A DNA stretch of 64,000 bases from Amphiscolops sp. MND2022 (taxonomy: Eukaryota): the NCBI GenBank assembly GCA_964187785.1, contig OZ076409.1:49416001-49480000 (forward strand). The letters run 5' to 3'. Of the stretch, positions 1 to 13,000 are shown one piece after another. Position numbers and translations under genes: made by a program. Under the pieces are notes generated by a model that saw only the letters and a list, made by a program, of their open reading frames with translations, searched no databases and had not been told where the DNA came from. How positions within the stretch are numbered: the stretch's first letter is position 1; the number at the start of each line of letters is the position of its first letter.

Positions 1-3000
1 TGATTTGAATTTCGAGTATCTGAGTTATCTCTGCGACGATTTCTGATCGGAATTGCGAGCCTTTATCTGATAGAATCAATGTTGGTAGGTATGCATGTTC
101 TGTCATGACATCGACAATACATCGTCCTATTGTTTTTGCTGTGCTATTCGGCGTTGGATATGCAAATAGATAACGCGAAAAGACATCAATCAACGTGACA
201 ATGTTTTGGTATCCCGCGGAGTTTGGTAAGTTCGGCATTATGTCTATTTCTAGGATATCTTCTGGACCTAAGACGTGTTCCGTATTGTTGATCATCTTTG
301 GTCGGGTTTGGCTGTTGTTGATTCGTTTGTATTTGATGCAGTCTTTGCATTGCATTACCCACTGTCCGATCCTCTTTGCTAATCCGGGGTAGAAATACTT
401 TGATCGGCATTCTTGGATCATTTTTGTGATTCCTCGATGCTTTCCCATTTGTCCATGAATTGCTTTCAAGAGTTCTGTGATTAAATGTTCGGGGATTAAA
501 ATTTGATGATGAGTGACTTGGCCACATTCCCCGTAGTATTTGCGCATTAGTACTCCATTTTTCACTATTAGTCTGTTCTCGTGGAGTAGGAGACGCTTGG
601 CTGTCGGATCGGTCTGAAGAAGATGTTTGTCGTATTCTTCACATATCAGTTTCTTTTTGATTGCTTTGAAAACCAAATTCGAGTCTTGCTCGACCCTAAT
701 GCGTGCGTCTTCTTTTATTGCCCCAAAAGTATAAGATGCCTTATTCATTGGAATTGGGGTGGTTTCTTTGATGGCTAGTTTAATTTTGGTCGTCTCCTCG
801 TCGCGCGCATTTTGTTTAGCTTGTTCTTTCTGCGAGAGGATTTCTTCTTCGATTTCAATTGTTTCGTCTGGGAGGAAGAAAAGTTGTTCCTCATCTGCGA
901 CGTCTGTAGATTGCAAGTTGACCTGTATTGGGCGGATTATGATGTCATCTCGTATCTTTAATTCGACTCTCTCTTTAGAGTTGAGGTCGATTCGTGATAG
1001 GAAGTCTGCTGCTGTATTTTGCGTACCCGCGACGTGCATTATGTGGAAGTTGAATTGTAGTACATAATCACATGCATTCCACAGAGTGGGCGGGATCGCT
1101 TTTGTTTGAAAGAAACGCGTTACCGATCTGTTGTCGGTCATCACAAGAGTTGGTAGGGTTGTTTCCCATAGAATATGGCTGTATTCAAGGAAGGCGTGAT
1201 AGATTGCTAAAAATTCCTTGCAGTAAATTGACATTTTGATTTGGGCCGGGGAAAACACTTTTGATCCAAATGCGACTGGTGCAAATGTCTTCTTTTTTGA
1301 ATTGAGTTTTTTGTCGTTGTCTTCCTCAATCATTAGCGCATAGCCGGAGGCTCGGAAGCTGGCATCCGTCATCAGGACGTACTGTCGTCCTGTGATTGGT
1401 TGTTTGAGAGCCAAACCGCAAGCTTGCGCCAGTGTTGCGTTGATAGCTTTGTAGTGGTCAAGTAGCTCTTTTGTGACTTTGATGTGCTTGTCTGCTTTCA
1501 GCAGTTCATAGAATCCGAGCAATTTCTCAGGCAATCTCGGGATGTAGTTGCGATAATAATTGACAAAACCGATGTATCTTTGTACTTGTTTCTTGGATTT
1601 TGGAAATCTCACATTTGCCAGGAATTTTTGAATTTTATGATCCTGCGGGGCGATTCCTTGTGGTGTGATCGTTCTTCCAAGGAATTCGACTTCGGTTACT
1701 CCAAAGTGGCATTTTTCGATGGTTAATTTGAGTCCCGCTCTTCGGATGCATTAAAAAACGGCTCGCATGTTGCGTATCAGTTGCGTCACAGAATTGGCCG
1801 TGATTCCAATGTCGTCCACGTACTGCGCGCATTGGTCGGCTTTGATTACTTTATCCAAGTATTCTCGCATGAAGCTTGAAAATGCCGACAGGGCTCTGCT
1901 CAGTCCTTGTGCTAGGCGTTTGTAGGCGAACGTCCTGCTTGCAAAGTTGAAGGCTAGCGTTTCGATTGATCGCTGGTCTGCCATCTGTAGGCAATGATAT
2001 GCCTGTGAGCAGTCTAATTTGCAAAACATTTTTTCCCAGCTAGATGTTGAGCTGCATCTGACAGGGTGCTGACTGGGTGGTTATTGTTGATGTAATCATC
2101 TGAGATTAGTGCGTTTATTTTTCGTAGGTCGACGAGTAGTCGCAACTTGCCATTCGGTTTGCGTTGTGCGAAGATTGGGCTTGAATATTTTGAGAATGGT
2201 AGGGTCGTTATTATGCCGTACCTATGCATTAGTGCTAATTCGACTGTCTTCTTTAGGTCGATTTAGGTCTTCTTTCAGATTGATTGGTACCGGCAAGCTT
2301 TGCGTGTAAATTGGACGCTCGTCTTTCGGAGTTAATTTGACTTTGAAGCTGTTGTTGATTCCAATATCAAGGCGATGGCGGGCAAAATTATCGTTGTATT
2401 CGACTATTGTTTGCTCAAGTTGCTTCCTGTCGTTGCCTTCGATTTGTCGAGGAACTTTTGTCTTGAATCCTGGTCTTTGGTTGGGTCTAATGCTTCTCTC
2501 TGGATTAGTTCACGGATTTCCTTCAGGATCCGTCGTTGGATTGGCGTATGTTCTTCTTCATTTCCCGGATTCTCGGGTGTGGGGAACCAGAAATTTTTGT
2601 CACCTTGTTCAGTTTCGTTGGCTTTCATGAGTTCATTGACGTACATGTGGGTGTCATCAGGATCTTCTAGCAGTTTGAGTGCGGCAGCGTCTACTGGTCG
2701 TATTTTTTTCGTGTCCTCAGGTTTGAGGATTTGTAGTTCTGCCAGTTTTGTGTGATTCTTTATTGTATGAGGGAAATCCGTTAAGTTGGCGATTCGGATG
2801 TTGAGCCTTTTATTGTGGGCTGTCGCTAGTGCTGGTGCGACAATGATTGTTGCTGTTTCATCAAATTGTGGCAGTGGTTGTACCGCACCAGTGACGTCAT
2901 TCGTATTTGGGGTTATTACTATTGCATTCACTGTTGTTGTTTGTTGGGGCGGTAGCGTTTGATTTCCTTCTGCCATTATTTGAAGCGGTTTCGGGTTGCA

Positions 3001-3881
3001 TTTTTTCATCTCGTCCGTCATGGCTAGCGTCATTTCGACGTGCGGGAAATTGATGGTTCCGTTGGCAGTGTCAATTACTGCTTGGTGATTTCTCATGAAG
3101 TTCAATCCTATGATAGGAAATGACGTTTTCGATAGGATGACGAAGGTATCCGTGAAAGTATATGTCCCAATGTTGAACTGAATGTCCGCTGTGGCTTTTG
3201 GTTGCTCTAGTTTTGCGTTTGCGCATTCAATCTTGAAGGGAGGTTGAGGATATTCTTTTATGACACAACTATCACTATTCATTTTGATCGCGTTGTAGTC
3301 TGACCAGGACATGGCATTGATGAACGCGCCAGAATCGACCAGTCCATCCATTGTTATTTCGCCGAATTCGAGTGGCAAGTACAGCATTCTTCTTCTCCTT
3401 TTGAGGACTATGGTGGAGTGGAGAGGTATGTAGGTTTCTCCATCCTTTTCGACTACGTACTCCTTGATTGAGTTGAGTGATGTGGGAAAGTTGTCTGGGA
3501 ACAGAAATGCCTTGGTGGAGTCATGATTATCTCCTTCATTCTGTTGTGACAATGGGCGGTCGTCGGGGGCGCTTTCATTTTGTTCTAACTGGTTTGTAAC
3601 GGAGAGTTCTCTGTTGATGAGGGGTGACTTGGTGGGAAGATTTGTGTGTTGTTTAGGGTTGTCTCTGTAATCTTTATCGTGGGTGTAGGTTTCTTCGTGT
3701 TCAGTTTGTGGATATGGCCGTTTATAGAAGCGAGTGCTTGTCGTCTTAGCCAGTCCTCTGTTGGTGTGCCGTTGCATTTGATTGTTGTGTTGTTGACGTA
3801 TGTGGTAGTGGGTTCCTCGGTTGAATACGCCCCGGCGTCTACTTTTTCCCCAAAACGCAGGCGCGGCGTAATTAGTTTTTT
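1..3881 (-). pseudogene. pol: Element A pol (protease, dUTPase-like, RT, RNase H, start of integrase), broken by frameshifts and stops
   Basis: ORF fragments 2404-3777 (LVDSGA protease), 2014-2229 and 1751-2029 (RT: LLVDLRKIN, LDCSQAY, QYVDDI). RNase H and integrase similarity continues leftward in broken frames. Confidence 0.9.
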
Positions 3882-5311
3882 GGTTTGGCCATAAAGTCGG
3901 TTGTTGTCAGCTGGTCTGGGGTGTCCCTTTTTTGTTCTTGTGTAGTGTGACGCTTGGGACGCGGGTCGTTGGCAGCGTTGGCTCCATTCCAACAATTTTC
4001 CGTTTTGTGGGGCTTGTCGCACGTGTCGCATTTAAGTGGTGTGCCTATGCTGCTGCTGGTTTGGCCATTTTTTCTCTTGGTTTGCATCCATTTATCTCTT
4101 TTCATTTTCCTACGTTCCGCTTTGTAGTGTCCAAATGTTGCAGTAGAAGCAATACCCCTTTTTGACGTTTTGCGTCGTGTTGCCGACCTTTTTGGACTCA
4201 GTTGTTGGTGGGGCTGGTTCTACTTTGTTTAGTGGTACCAAGGTCACTTCATCTGGCGCCCCGCGGCCGTTAAGTCTCATTTCCCTTTCTAGGTGGAGTA
4301 CGATATCATTGTAGGGTTTGTCCTCAAGATACGCCCTATTTAGTATTTTCTTTACGTGGTCTGGCATTTTTGCATAGATCGCCTTATCAATAAATTGTTG
4401 GGCTTCAGAGCCGAAGGCTTCTTTGGCAGTTTTTTGAAGTACATCCAGAAATTCGTGGAGTTTCTGGTTCGAGGGATCGAATTTAAGCGTATCCCATTCG
4501 CATCTTGCCTTGGCCATAGACAAATAGTCTCCGAAACGTCGTTTGAAAATCGTCATGATTTCATCAAGGGAATCCTTCTTCGTATCTTTGATATTGCAAA
4601 ACGCCTGTAAAGCGTTTCCTCTGAGCAGGGAGTGGAAATAGTTTATTTTTTGGATTTCCGTAAGTTGTGGGTACATTTTGATATTATTGCGAAAAAGGTC
4701 TTCGAAGAGCTCGAATTTTTCCGACTTCCCGTCGAAAGTTGGGAGTGACGCCGTTAGTGCTTTTGGCATGGGCAATGCAGTGCCATTATTTTTATCGGTT
4801 GCAAATAAAGTCCTTGCCACTACTGGACGTTCTTTTGACGTCGGTTTACTTTGGGACCGGGCTTTCGTTCTTTTTGACTGGTTTGTGGAGTCGGTTAGGA
4901 CTCCTGTCACCATGTTACGACTAATGTTCGGGTCGTTTTGAGTTGAACTTATTCTCACTGATTTTGTAGGAGTATAAAAACTTCTAGTTTCCTCTTCTAC
5001 CTCTTCCTCGGTTTTCTTCCTAATATTTCCTCTTGTGTTTCAGGTTTTAGGAGTTTCAACATCTCCTACTGAGATTCGACAAGAAGATTCTTGATTTCTG
5101 ACGTTATTTCTTCTTTCAAGGAAGCCCTCAAACTTTCTAAGAGGCTGTTTTCAATCCGGGGGGATTTTGGTTTAGGAGGCCCCGCTACCTCATCGTCCTG
5201 GTTTAGAGAACAAGGAATTCCTACTACTATTGGTGAAATCAAGCCTTCACTTACGTTCTCACTGGTGTTTTGCTGATTGTTCCTTCTTTTCTGGCTTCTT
5301 GTTGTTGACAT
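3872..5311 (-). pseudogene. gag: Element A gag, frameshifted; N-terminus lies in the LTR
   Basis: Fragments 5066-5311 (MSTTRSQKRR), 4110-4958 (capsid-like, ...RNMVTGV...) and 3872-4105 (CDTCDKPHKTENC knuckle, ends PKN*). Confidence 0.85.
4901..4912 (-). promoter_or_regulatory. Primer binding site of element A (TGGTGACAGGAG)
   Basis: Identical to the PBS of B and C; lies directly after the LTR-terminal CA on the minus strand. Confidence 0.85.
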
Positions 5312-6906
5312 TTTGTTGTAGAAACGTCTGATCTTGAAGAATTGAATTTCTTTCAGAAATATTTTCTATTAAGGTTAAACAAGGCGAGAGTTTAGTGAAA
5401 TTGAAACTTCAACTGAATTGTACAATTGCAAAAGACTGAGTCCCTCAGCCAACTAAAATCATCGTATATATACCCTCCTAGCATCATTGATCATGAGTTA
5501 AAATCCTAATTTCCTTCGAACAATTAGTCATTTCCTGTATTTTCAGTGCAAAAATCATTTTGTTCCCAATTTTGCGTCGACATTCCGTCAACTTTTGAGA
5601 CACGGCAAATCTAATCTAGCATTAGTCATCAACCATAATCATATCATTTCAGCTCGGCGTCCTTTTGTTCCCTCCCGAACAGGAAGTAGATATTACTTCA
5701 GTCTGTCAAACCGGAAATATTTCCCTGTTTTGCTGCTTTGGTTCGTAAGAAACTGACGCTGAGATGACGCCGGCATGAACAACTAATGCCTGATTCTGAG
5801 ATTTCGCTCGAGGAAAAAATGCTATGACTAATGTTTTCAGCTCTGTCATTTCCAACGATGCTAAGAAGAAATGAGAACAAGATTAAAGAATTAGCAACAA
5901 TCTCAAAATAGTTTCAAATTGAATGATTAATGATTAACGAAATAAAACAACGACACATTGACGCTTGATGAATTGATGGACCAAATTGTATAATTCAGAC
6001 TTCTCTCCTAATTTATTAAAATTTCAATCACAAATACTGTCTAATTTTATTTTAGCGTCAATTTAATGATTATACATAACACGCTGTCAACAGATTTTAA
6101 CTTGCACATATGATAGTAATTTTGAACATAAACGTCTGACGACGTGGGGACGGCACTTTATGGATTTGCTGAACAGGCAAAAGTTCAAAACCTTCTATCA
6201 CTTGATCCCAATCATTACAAAATGTACAATAGCGACACAAAACATTTGTTCTGAATTTATGCACTTTGGGGTTAAAATAATGACCGTCCTGATTAGGAAA
6301 CGACGACGACACAACAAAGTTATACCACACGCTTTATGTAGTACAAAATACAAACATATGAAAATACATTTCCAATACGAAAATACTATACATTTACTTT
6401 CGTCATGCCCATAAACTGTGACTTTCACTTACATGATACAGGAAATTCCATTTCAAATTAAGTTTTAGAGCAAAATTAAACCGGCAGGGGAAATGTTTGA
6501 CGGAAACGTGGCGTTGGTCCTCAAATCTTTCACTAATCGTCTTGTTAAATTATCATATACCTTAAGCGTATTCCTAGTACTGATTAATTTGAATGGTATT
6601 CATCATATCTTTTTGGATGGATTAAAACAGCCTGCTTTGGTGGAATTTGGACGTAACGTGGACGTACGTATTAGTACTAGGCCTGGTCCAGTATAGTGGA
6701 CGTAACGTGGACGCAAATTTGAAGTGAGAATTAGCTGTCTGACAGCACCGTGACGTCATAATGGCGGAAAATTGGAATGATTTCAAGTAGTGTCACTAAT
6801 ATAGGCAGTAAATTGGAATGGTTCTCTAGTGAGCGCGGACGGAACGGTGACGTCACACTATATACTTTGAAGTCTGCTTCTTACCGACGTCTAATGTACA
6901 TGTATT
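4913..6906 (-). repeat. Element A 5' LTR, proximal part (interrupted by element B)
   Basis: Ends in CA next to the PBS, contains the gag start (5311) and a TATA-like TATATATA near 5466-5472. The partner LTR is outside the window, so the extent is inferred. Confidence 0.6.
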
Positions 6907-8957
6907 TGTCACAGCCGCCACAGGGCCGTGAAATAATAAGAACAGAGAGAACGCCAGAGGAAAGAAATGGAGAAATTAACCAAGAAGAAGCTAATAAACC
7001 ATCACAAACCTGAAAGAAAACAATCAACAAACAAACACTCATTGATATTGAACAACCCTGTAAGTGCATAATATTAATATCATCAACCCCCTGCAGTACC
7101 TGAAATACATAAATATGTAAATAATTAAATAATAATAACTTGTTGTAAATGCGATTTGTTTGCAGTAGCTTGACCAATACGCTGATTGAAGTTATTCCAA
7201 CCAGCGCACTGACCAGCCTACCGTCCCAATATCTGAGTAGCAAAATACACTAATTCTCACTGTCCCTTTAATTAACCAATCAGCGCTAAGCGCGAATGTG
7301 CAGTATTAATTCAGTTACTCTGCTAGCCAAGCAATTCAGTCGACAAAGCTGGGACGCACGCCTGGCTGCTCGACTGAATTACCTGAAATGCTAGTGTAAT
7401 CAAACGACGCTAAATGTGAAATAAACTCAAATTCAGAGCTTAGAAGAAGCTTAAAATATGCAGTTTTAAGTAATAGAGTTGGAATATGTAATATTTATAA
7501 TATACCAAAGTACAATTGTTAAGTTGTCAACCATGATTTCTGGGACAACCGCTGGGACAACCGGTTTATATTTATAAACTGGGACGACCGCCGGGACAAC
7601 CAGCCCAACTTAGATGGAGCAGTAAAGAACTAAAACACCAATAGATAATGAATAACTGCCTTAATACATGTAAATGTGCTATCTTAATTATACATGGAAG
7701 GTTACAAATCATTCAAGCGAAGCGAAATGATGAATAATATTAGTACGAGCCGGGACTCCCGCCTGGACAACCGTTTGATTAATTAATGATGTATCAAATT
7801 TGAGTGAAATATTAATACGTTATGATAGTGACAATCGTTCGACATACCATATTTGTTGACCGAATGGAAATTACTCCCAGATGCTACCTAACTGAATAAT
7901 CTTGCCCCCCTTTTCACATGCATTAATTTGGGCTGTTAGCCTGGTTGCTTGACCTCGTTTGAGTATTATGTCCGTCGACCAGGCATGTGTTTAATGTCAA
8001 ATTTGTGAAAGTGCGTCGATAGTTGTGATCATCACCCCTAATTTTGTCAATTCACAAAATAGTGCAGTTTTCTCTTATGTTGAATTGCTTATTTTATTTA
8101 AAGGAAAATTCATTTCCTTTTCCCGCTTCAGTAGCTAGGTTCATGAATTTCAGTGCCAACTTCACCTTCGGCGTCTTGAAAAGGCGGGAAATGAAGAAGA
8201 AAGGGACGCGGAATTGGGAAGCGGCAGGAAGTGAATTCCCACTTTTCTTTAAAGTGGGTTGAAACCGAATGCCGAGTCCCGAGGAAGAATACCTTATTTG
8301 GATTTCCCCGCTTTGGAAAGGACGCCGAGGTGAACAAGGTGTGAATTCACGCGCGGGGTTTTCCCCGCGTGTCTAGCGTAAAGTATAAATACCTGAAGCG
8401 GGATTAGGAAAAGTTAGTTGATAATTTGATTTTTCCAAGTGCGTTTGATTAACCGTTCTCCGGAAATTTTGCCTTTGTAATAATTGTTTTAATTACTTTG
8501 CTTAATATAATTCTTTTGTTTCGTAAACCCTGACAATTCACTGAACTGAAGTCTCCATTACGTTTGTAACGACTCAAGTTTAATTGAAATATTGTCTCTC
8601 CATTATTTTGCAAGATGCCTGAGAAATCTCAAAAACGAAAGTTGAGGAGTGACCAGTCAACTAGCCAGTTCGACATAGAGACGGCAAGCTCAATCAACGA
8701 CGAAAACGCCGTACTTTCGGAAAGGGATTTTGAAGACATATCTAACAAAATTGAGAATAAAATTTCTAAGCGCCTCAGAGACACTGAGCTCAATCAACGC
8801 GAGATATTAAAATTGATTGAGAGTCTGTCGTCCAAAGTTGACAACCTATCAAGTGTCAATTCTGAACAAGGTTATTTGACGACCAGGACCGAGAATAGTG
8901 GAAACCCCACTGAAGAACTAGAAGAAGTTAGTTTGTCCAGGAACGAGAGTTCCAACA
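6907..8957 (+). repeat. Element B 5' LTR (2051 bp)
   Basis: TGTCACAGCC...TTCCAACA; near-identical to 20536-22584. Confidence 0.97.
8384..8391 (+). promoter_or_regulatory. TATA-like box of the element B LTR
   Basis: TATAAATA about 230 bp upstream of the gag ATG. Similar GTATA(A/T)ATACC motifs sit upstream of gag in C (36396) and in solo LTR D (26020). Confidence 0.55.
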
Positions 8958-10033
8958 TGGTGACAGGAGTAATTAGCGAACCAACCTCCAGCAACACCAC
9001 CCACCCCCGATCTTCGAGCCTGCCGCCTCCAAACCAGAGGCACTCCGACGAAATCATCGACAAGCTGTTAGAATCCCTGTACGCAACACAACAACAGACA
9101 GCACAATTACCCCGTCTACCAAAAACGCTTGCCACGACAATGCCAACATTTGACGGTAAAAACGAAAAGTTTGAACTCTTCGAAGATTTGTTTCAAACAA
9201 GCTTGAAGGTCCATCCCCAAATAACGGAGCAAGAGAAAATACATTATTTCCACTCCCTACTGCGAGGAGACGCCTTGCAAACCTTTCGGAACATGACCGA
9301 AACAACCAAAACCAACCTGAACGACATCATCGCCGGATTCAGACGACGATATGTAAAAACCCAGTCAATAGCAACTGCTAGGTGTAAGTGGGAAAACCTC
9401 ACATTCGACCCGGCGAACCAAACATTCCAAGATTTCTTGGAGAACTACCAGAAACTTGCCCAAGAGGCATACGCCGACGATGCACCCCGCTTTATAGAAA
9501 CCTCCTTCTACGCAAAAATGCCGATACATCTCAAAAGAGTGTTAAATCAAGCACGCCTCGAAACAGCATCATATGAAACGATGGTCCAGCACCTAGAGCG
9601 GGAGATGGAGCTCAACGGATTGGCAAATCCAGAATCCACTACATTTACCGGCATACACAATGTCGAACCCGCCAACACATCCAATCAGGGGAGACACCCG
9701 AAAACTGCAAGCACGTGCTTTGGCTGCGGACACCAGGGCCACCTCCTCCGCAACTGCAGAAAGACAAACCGAGATAAACGGAACCAAAAACCCCCCAGCA
9801 ATATCATCACCAACCCCTGCGAAACATGTGGCAAATTAAGCCACGAGACTAAAGACTGCTATTCCGGGGCGAACTGGGCAAACCGCCCTACATGGTGGAA
9901 AACGCCTAAATCAACAGGCGCCAATAGTATACCCCTACCACAACAACCTGCACCCGAAATTATACAACAACCTTCAGCAAATCAGCAGCCACAAACCGTG
10001 GCACAACCACAATACCAGCCAAAAAACTACTAA
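8615..10033 (+). CDS. gag: Element B Gag (472 aa); first ~114 codons lie inside the LTR; two CCHC zinc knuckles
   Basis: Open ORF with retrotransposon capsid-like segment (MPTFDGKNEKFELFEDLF) and knuckles CFGCGHQGHLLRNC and CETCGKLSHETKDC. Confidence 0.93.
   Translation: MPEKSQKRKLRSDQSTSQFDIETASSINDENAVLSERDFEDISNKIENKISKRLRDTELNQREILKLIESLSSKVDNLSSVNSEQGYLTTRTENSGNPTEELEEVSLSRNESSNMVTGVISEPTSSNTTHPRSSSLPPPNQRHSDEIIDKLLESLYATQQQTAQLPRLPKTLATTMPTFDGKNEKFELFEDLFQTSLKVHPQITEQEKIHYFHSLLRGDALQTFRNMTETTKTNLNDIIAGFRRRYVKTQSIATARCKWENLTFDPANQTFQDFLENYQKLAQEAYADDAPRFIETSFYAKMPIHLKRVLNQARLETASYETMVQHLEREMELNGLANPESTTFTGIHNVEPANTSNQGRHPKTASTCFGCGHQGHLLRNCRKTNRDKRNQKPPSNIITNPCETCGKLSHETKDCYSGANWANRPTWWKTPKSTGANSIPLPQQPAPEIIQQPSANQQPQTVAQPQYQPKNY
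8958..8969 (+). promoter_or_regulatory. Primer binding site of element B (TGGTGACAGGAG; tRNA-Leu-like, inferred)
   Basis: Directly follows the LTR CA and begins TGG (complement of tRNA CCA). Resembles the Leu-tRNA-type PBS TGGTGTCAGGAG. Confidence 0.85.
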
Positions 10034-13000
10034 AGCCACGTCTTCGCTTCGGGGACTACACCGACTTCAGATACTACACCATCTCTGAACCCCCGAAGGA
10101 CTTCGACAAGGAATTATTTATGGAATGCTCAGGTGAACCATCGATCGACTGGCAGCGACGATGGCTCATAAGACGCATCATCAAATTCAACAAAAACACC
10201 TTGGACAAACTCCCCTACCCAGACTGGTACACCCAAAACCCCACCCAATACAACACAACACGCAGACCATTACTTCCCAGCTCCACACCCGAAACTTACA
10301 TCTACGACCCCGACTTCGAATGCGACCCATACTACAACGACGCTCTATATGACTCAACAAACCTTGTCTTCAGACAGTCAATCAACGTACCATTTCATGA
10401 ATTCATTGCCAAAACCAACATGGACATCTCGACAACTCCAAGAAGGAAAGACGACCTCAGTCATACTCCCGAACCACAGGCTGAAGAAGAATACGACACA
10501 GAAATCACCGTGATCGTAACACCTCCAACGACTTCCCTCAAGTCAATCCTCAAACACAACAATCAATCGCCACTGGTTGACTCCCAGTCACCCACGAAAC
10601 TACCAGCCACCCCCAATGAAATCCGGGCAGCTATGACGTCGTCCCCCTCCAGTCCAGAGAGTCCTGAACATAAATACTCCACCCCTAAAACCCTGGTTGA
10701 CGACACAAAAGCCGGGGACCAAACAATTGCAAGTCAACTCACAACACAACCGAGAACTCGCCGCGTCAAACGAACTCTGACCTGCGAATTCAACCAGCAA
10801 ACAGAAGCTAAAACAGCGACAAACAGCCCACTCATCACTACCCAAACCTCAAGAGAAGAGCCAACCAACCTAGAACAAGACGAAGAATGGATTCAAACCA
10901 ACAAACAATTGCATGAAATTGCAATTACAGACCCAGAAACAAGCGAACAATGCATACCAATTTTTTCGGCCATCAATCTGAAAAAGAAAAGGAAAATGCT
11001 CTTCGCCCCGATGGATTTCAACAACATTTCAGTCGACGCGCTTGTTGACTCCGGAGCACTCGTCAACTGCTTACCAGAAAGTGAATTCCAGAAAATCAAA
11101 ACAGTAAGCCCAGACAACATCCTCAAGGAAATGGATCCACCAACATTTAAATTGCAGGTCGCAAACGGCGAGATAGAAACCCCCACAAAAACAGTTCAAC
11201 TACAATTTGAACTAGGCGACTGGACGTTCAAAGAGACGTTCATCGTAGCCACAAAGATGACAGGGCCCATCCTCGGACTAACCTTTCTCAAAAACAATAG
11301 CGCAATCCTCGACGTCAGTCAGGCCCTCTTACATTTCCCTCACCTGACTTACGCAATTTCTGCAGACGATAACGAGACAATCTCAAGACACCATAAAGTC
11401 ACTACCAAAACCCAACTCACCATCATGCCCGACCAGTGTGTAACAATTGAAGCCGGCATCAACCTACGTACCCTGACAAACACCACAGGAATCATCAACC
11501 CTACTGAACCATACTCCGGAGAACACCAACTGGTAGTAGCCAGCTCTCTATCAACAGTTACAAACTCCAAAATCGAAATCAGGGTTACCAACACATCTCC
11601 AAACCCATTCACCCTCAAAAAGAACACAAATCTTGCAGAATTCACCATTCTATCCCCCCAGGAAGCCAAGCAACTCCACCCACTCAACTCTGCAGCCCTA
11701 AAGGTATTAGCAGAAGACGATTCCGAACAGGCGCTAGAATATGTAAACGAACTCCTCAAATCGTCTGAAAAGCCTCAGACTGTTCAAAATTTCTGGTTCC
11801 CCACACCGGAAAACCCAGGAGACCCATCAACACACACACCTATCCAGAGCAGGATACTGAGAGAGATAGAAGAACTGGAAAACATCCAGAAACTCAATCC
11901 TCAAGACAGCCCTGAGGACAGAGCAACTTTCCTACCCAATTTCAAGTGGACGGATTCACAACTCAGTGATGAAGACAAAAAGGACATAGAAGCAATCCTT
12001 GTAGAATACAACGATATCTTCGCAAGGCACCGTCTTGATATCGGAATTAACAACGAATCCAAAATAAAGCTCACCCCCAAATCCGAACAGCCAGCGTACA
12101 CTCAAAGCCTACCCTGCCCAGTCAACCTGAAAGACGACTTGACAGTCGAATTGGCGTTAATGCACTACTACGGCATAATCACCACGCTCCCTTTCAGCAA
12201 GTACGCAAGCCCAATATTTGCCCAAAGAAAACCAAACGGACGCCTACGATTGCTAGTTGACTTACGAAAGATCAACAACCTCATTTCCGACGATTATATA
12301 AATAATAATCACCCTGTGAGCACCCTCTCGGATGCAGCTCAGCATTTAGCCGGAAAGAAACTGTTTTGCAAGCTTGACTGCTCTCAAGCCTACCACGTCC
12401 TGCAAATGGCAGACCAAAAATCAGTGGAACTCCTGGCGTTCAACTTTGCCAGTCGGACATTCGCCTACCTGCGACTCGCACAAGGGCTCAGCAGATCTCT
12501 CTCCTCCTTCTCGAGCTTTATGCGGGAGTATCTTGACCGAGTCATCAAAGCCGACAAGTGCGCCCAGTACGTCGACGACATCGGGATAGCTACCCATGCT
12601 GCCGAGGAGCTGAAGAACAACCTGCGTGAGGTCTTTCAGTGCATAAGAGAAGCAGGTCTGCGTCTGACAATGGCTAAATGCCAGTTCGGTGCCAAGGAAG
12701 TCGAATTCCTTGGACGAACAGTCTCACCCGAAGGAATCGCCCCACAGAGTCACAAGATCAAGAACTACCTCCAAAAACTGTCGTTCCCAAAAACCAAAAA
12801 GGGCCTACAGAGGTATATTGGTTTCGTCAATTATTATCGGAACTACATACCTCGCCTCTCCGAAAAGATAGCACCCTTCCACGAATTAGTCAAGGCAGAC
12901 AAACCAATCAAGATCACAAACGAGATCATCGGGACATTCGACAACATCAACAAGGCACTTGACAACGCTTGTGGGCTATGGCTGAAACAACCACTACCCA

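Larger units (their letters stand above)
1..6906 (-). mobile_element. Element A: decayed Ty3/Gypsy LTR retrotransposon of the same large-LTR clade as B and C; runs off the left window edge
   Basis: Minus-strand gag and pol fragments closely resemble B and C (PTFDGKSEKFELFEDLF, LVDSGA, AQYVDDIGI). PBS at 4901-4912. Several frameshifts and stops. Confidence 0.9.

Noticed and set aside
6650..6715. Short repeats GGACGTAACGTGGACG, and GGGACAACCG repeats at ~7540-7600
   Set aside because: Two to four copies inside LTR sequence with no regular spacers; enhancer-like LTR repeats, not a CRISPR array.
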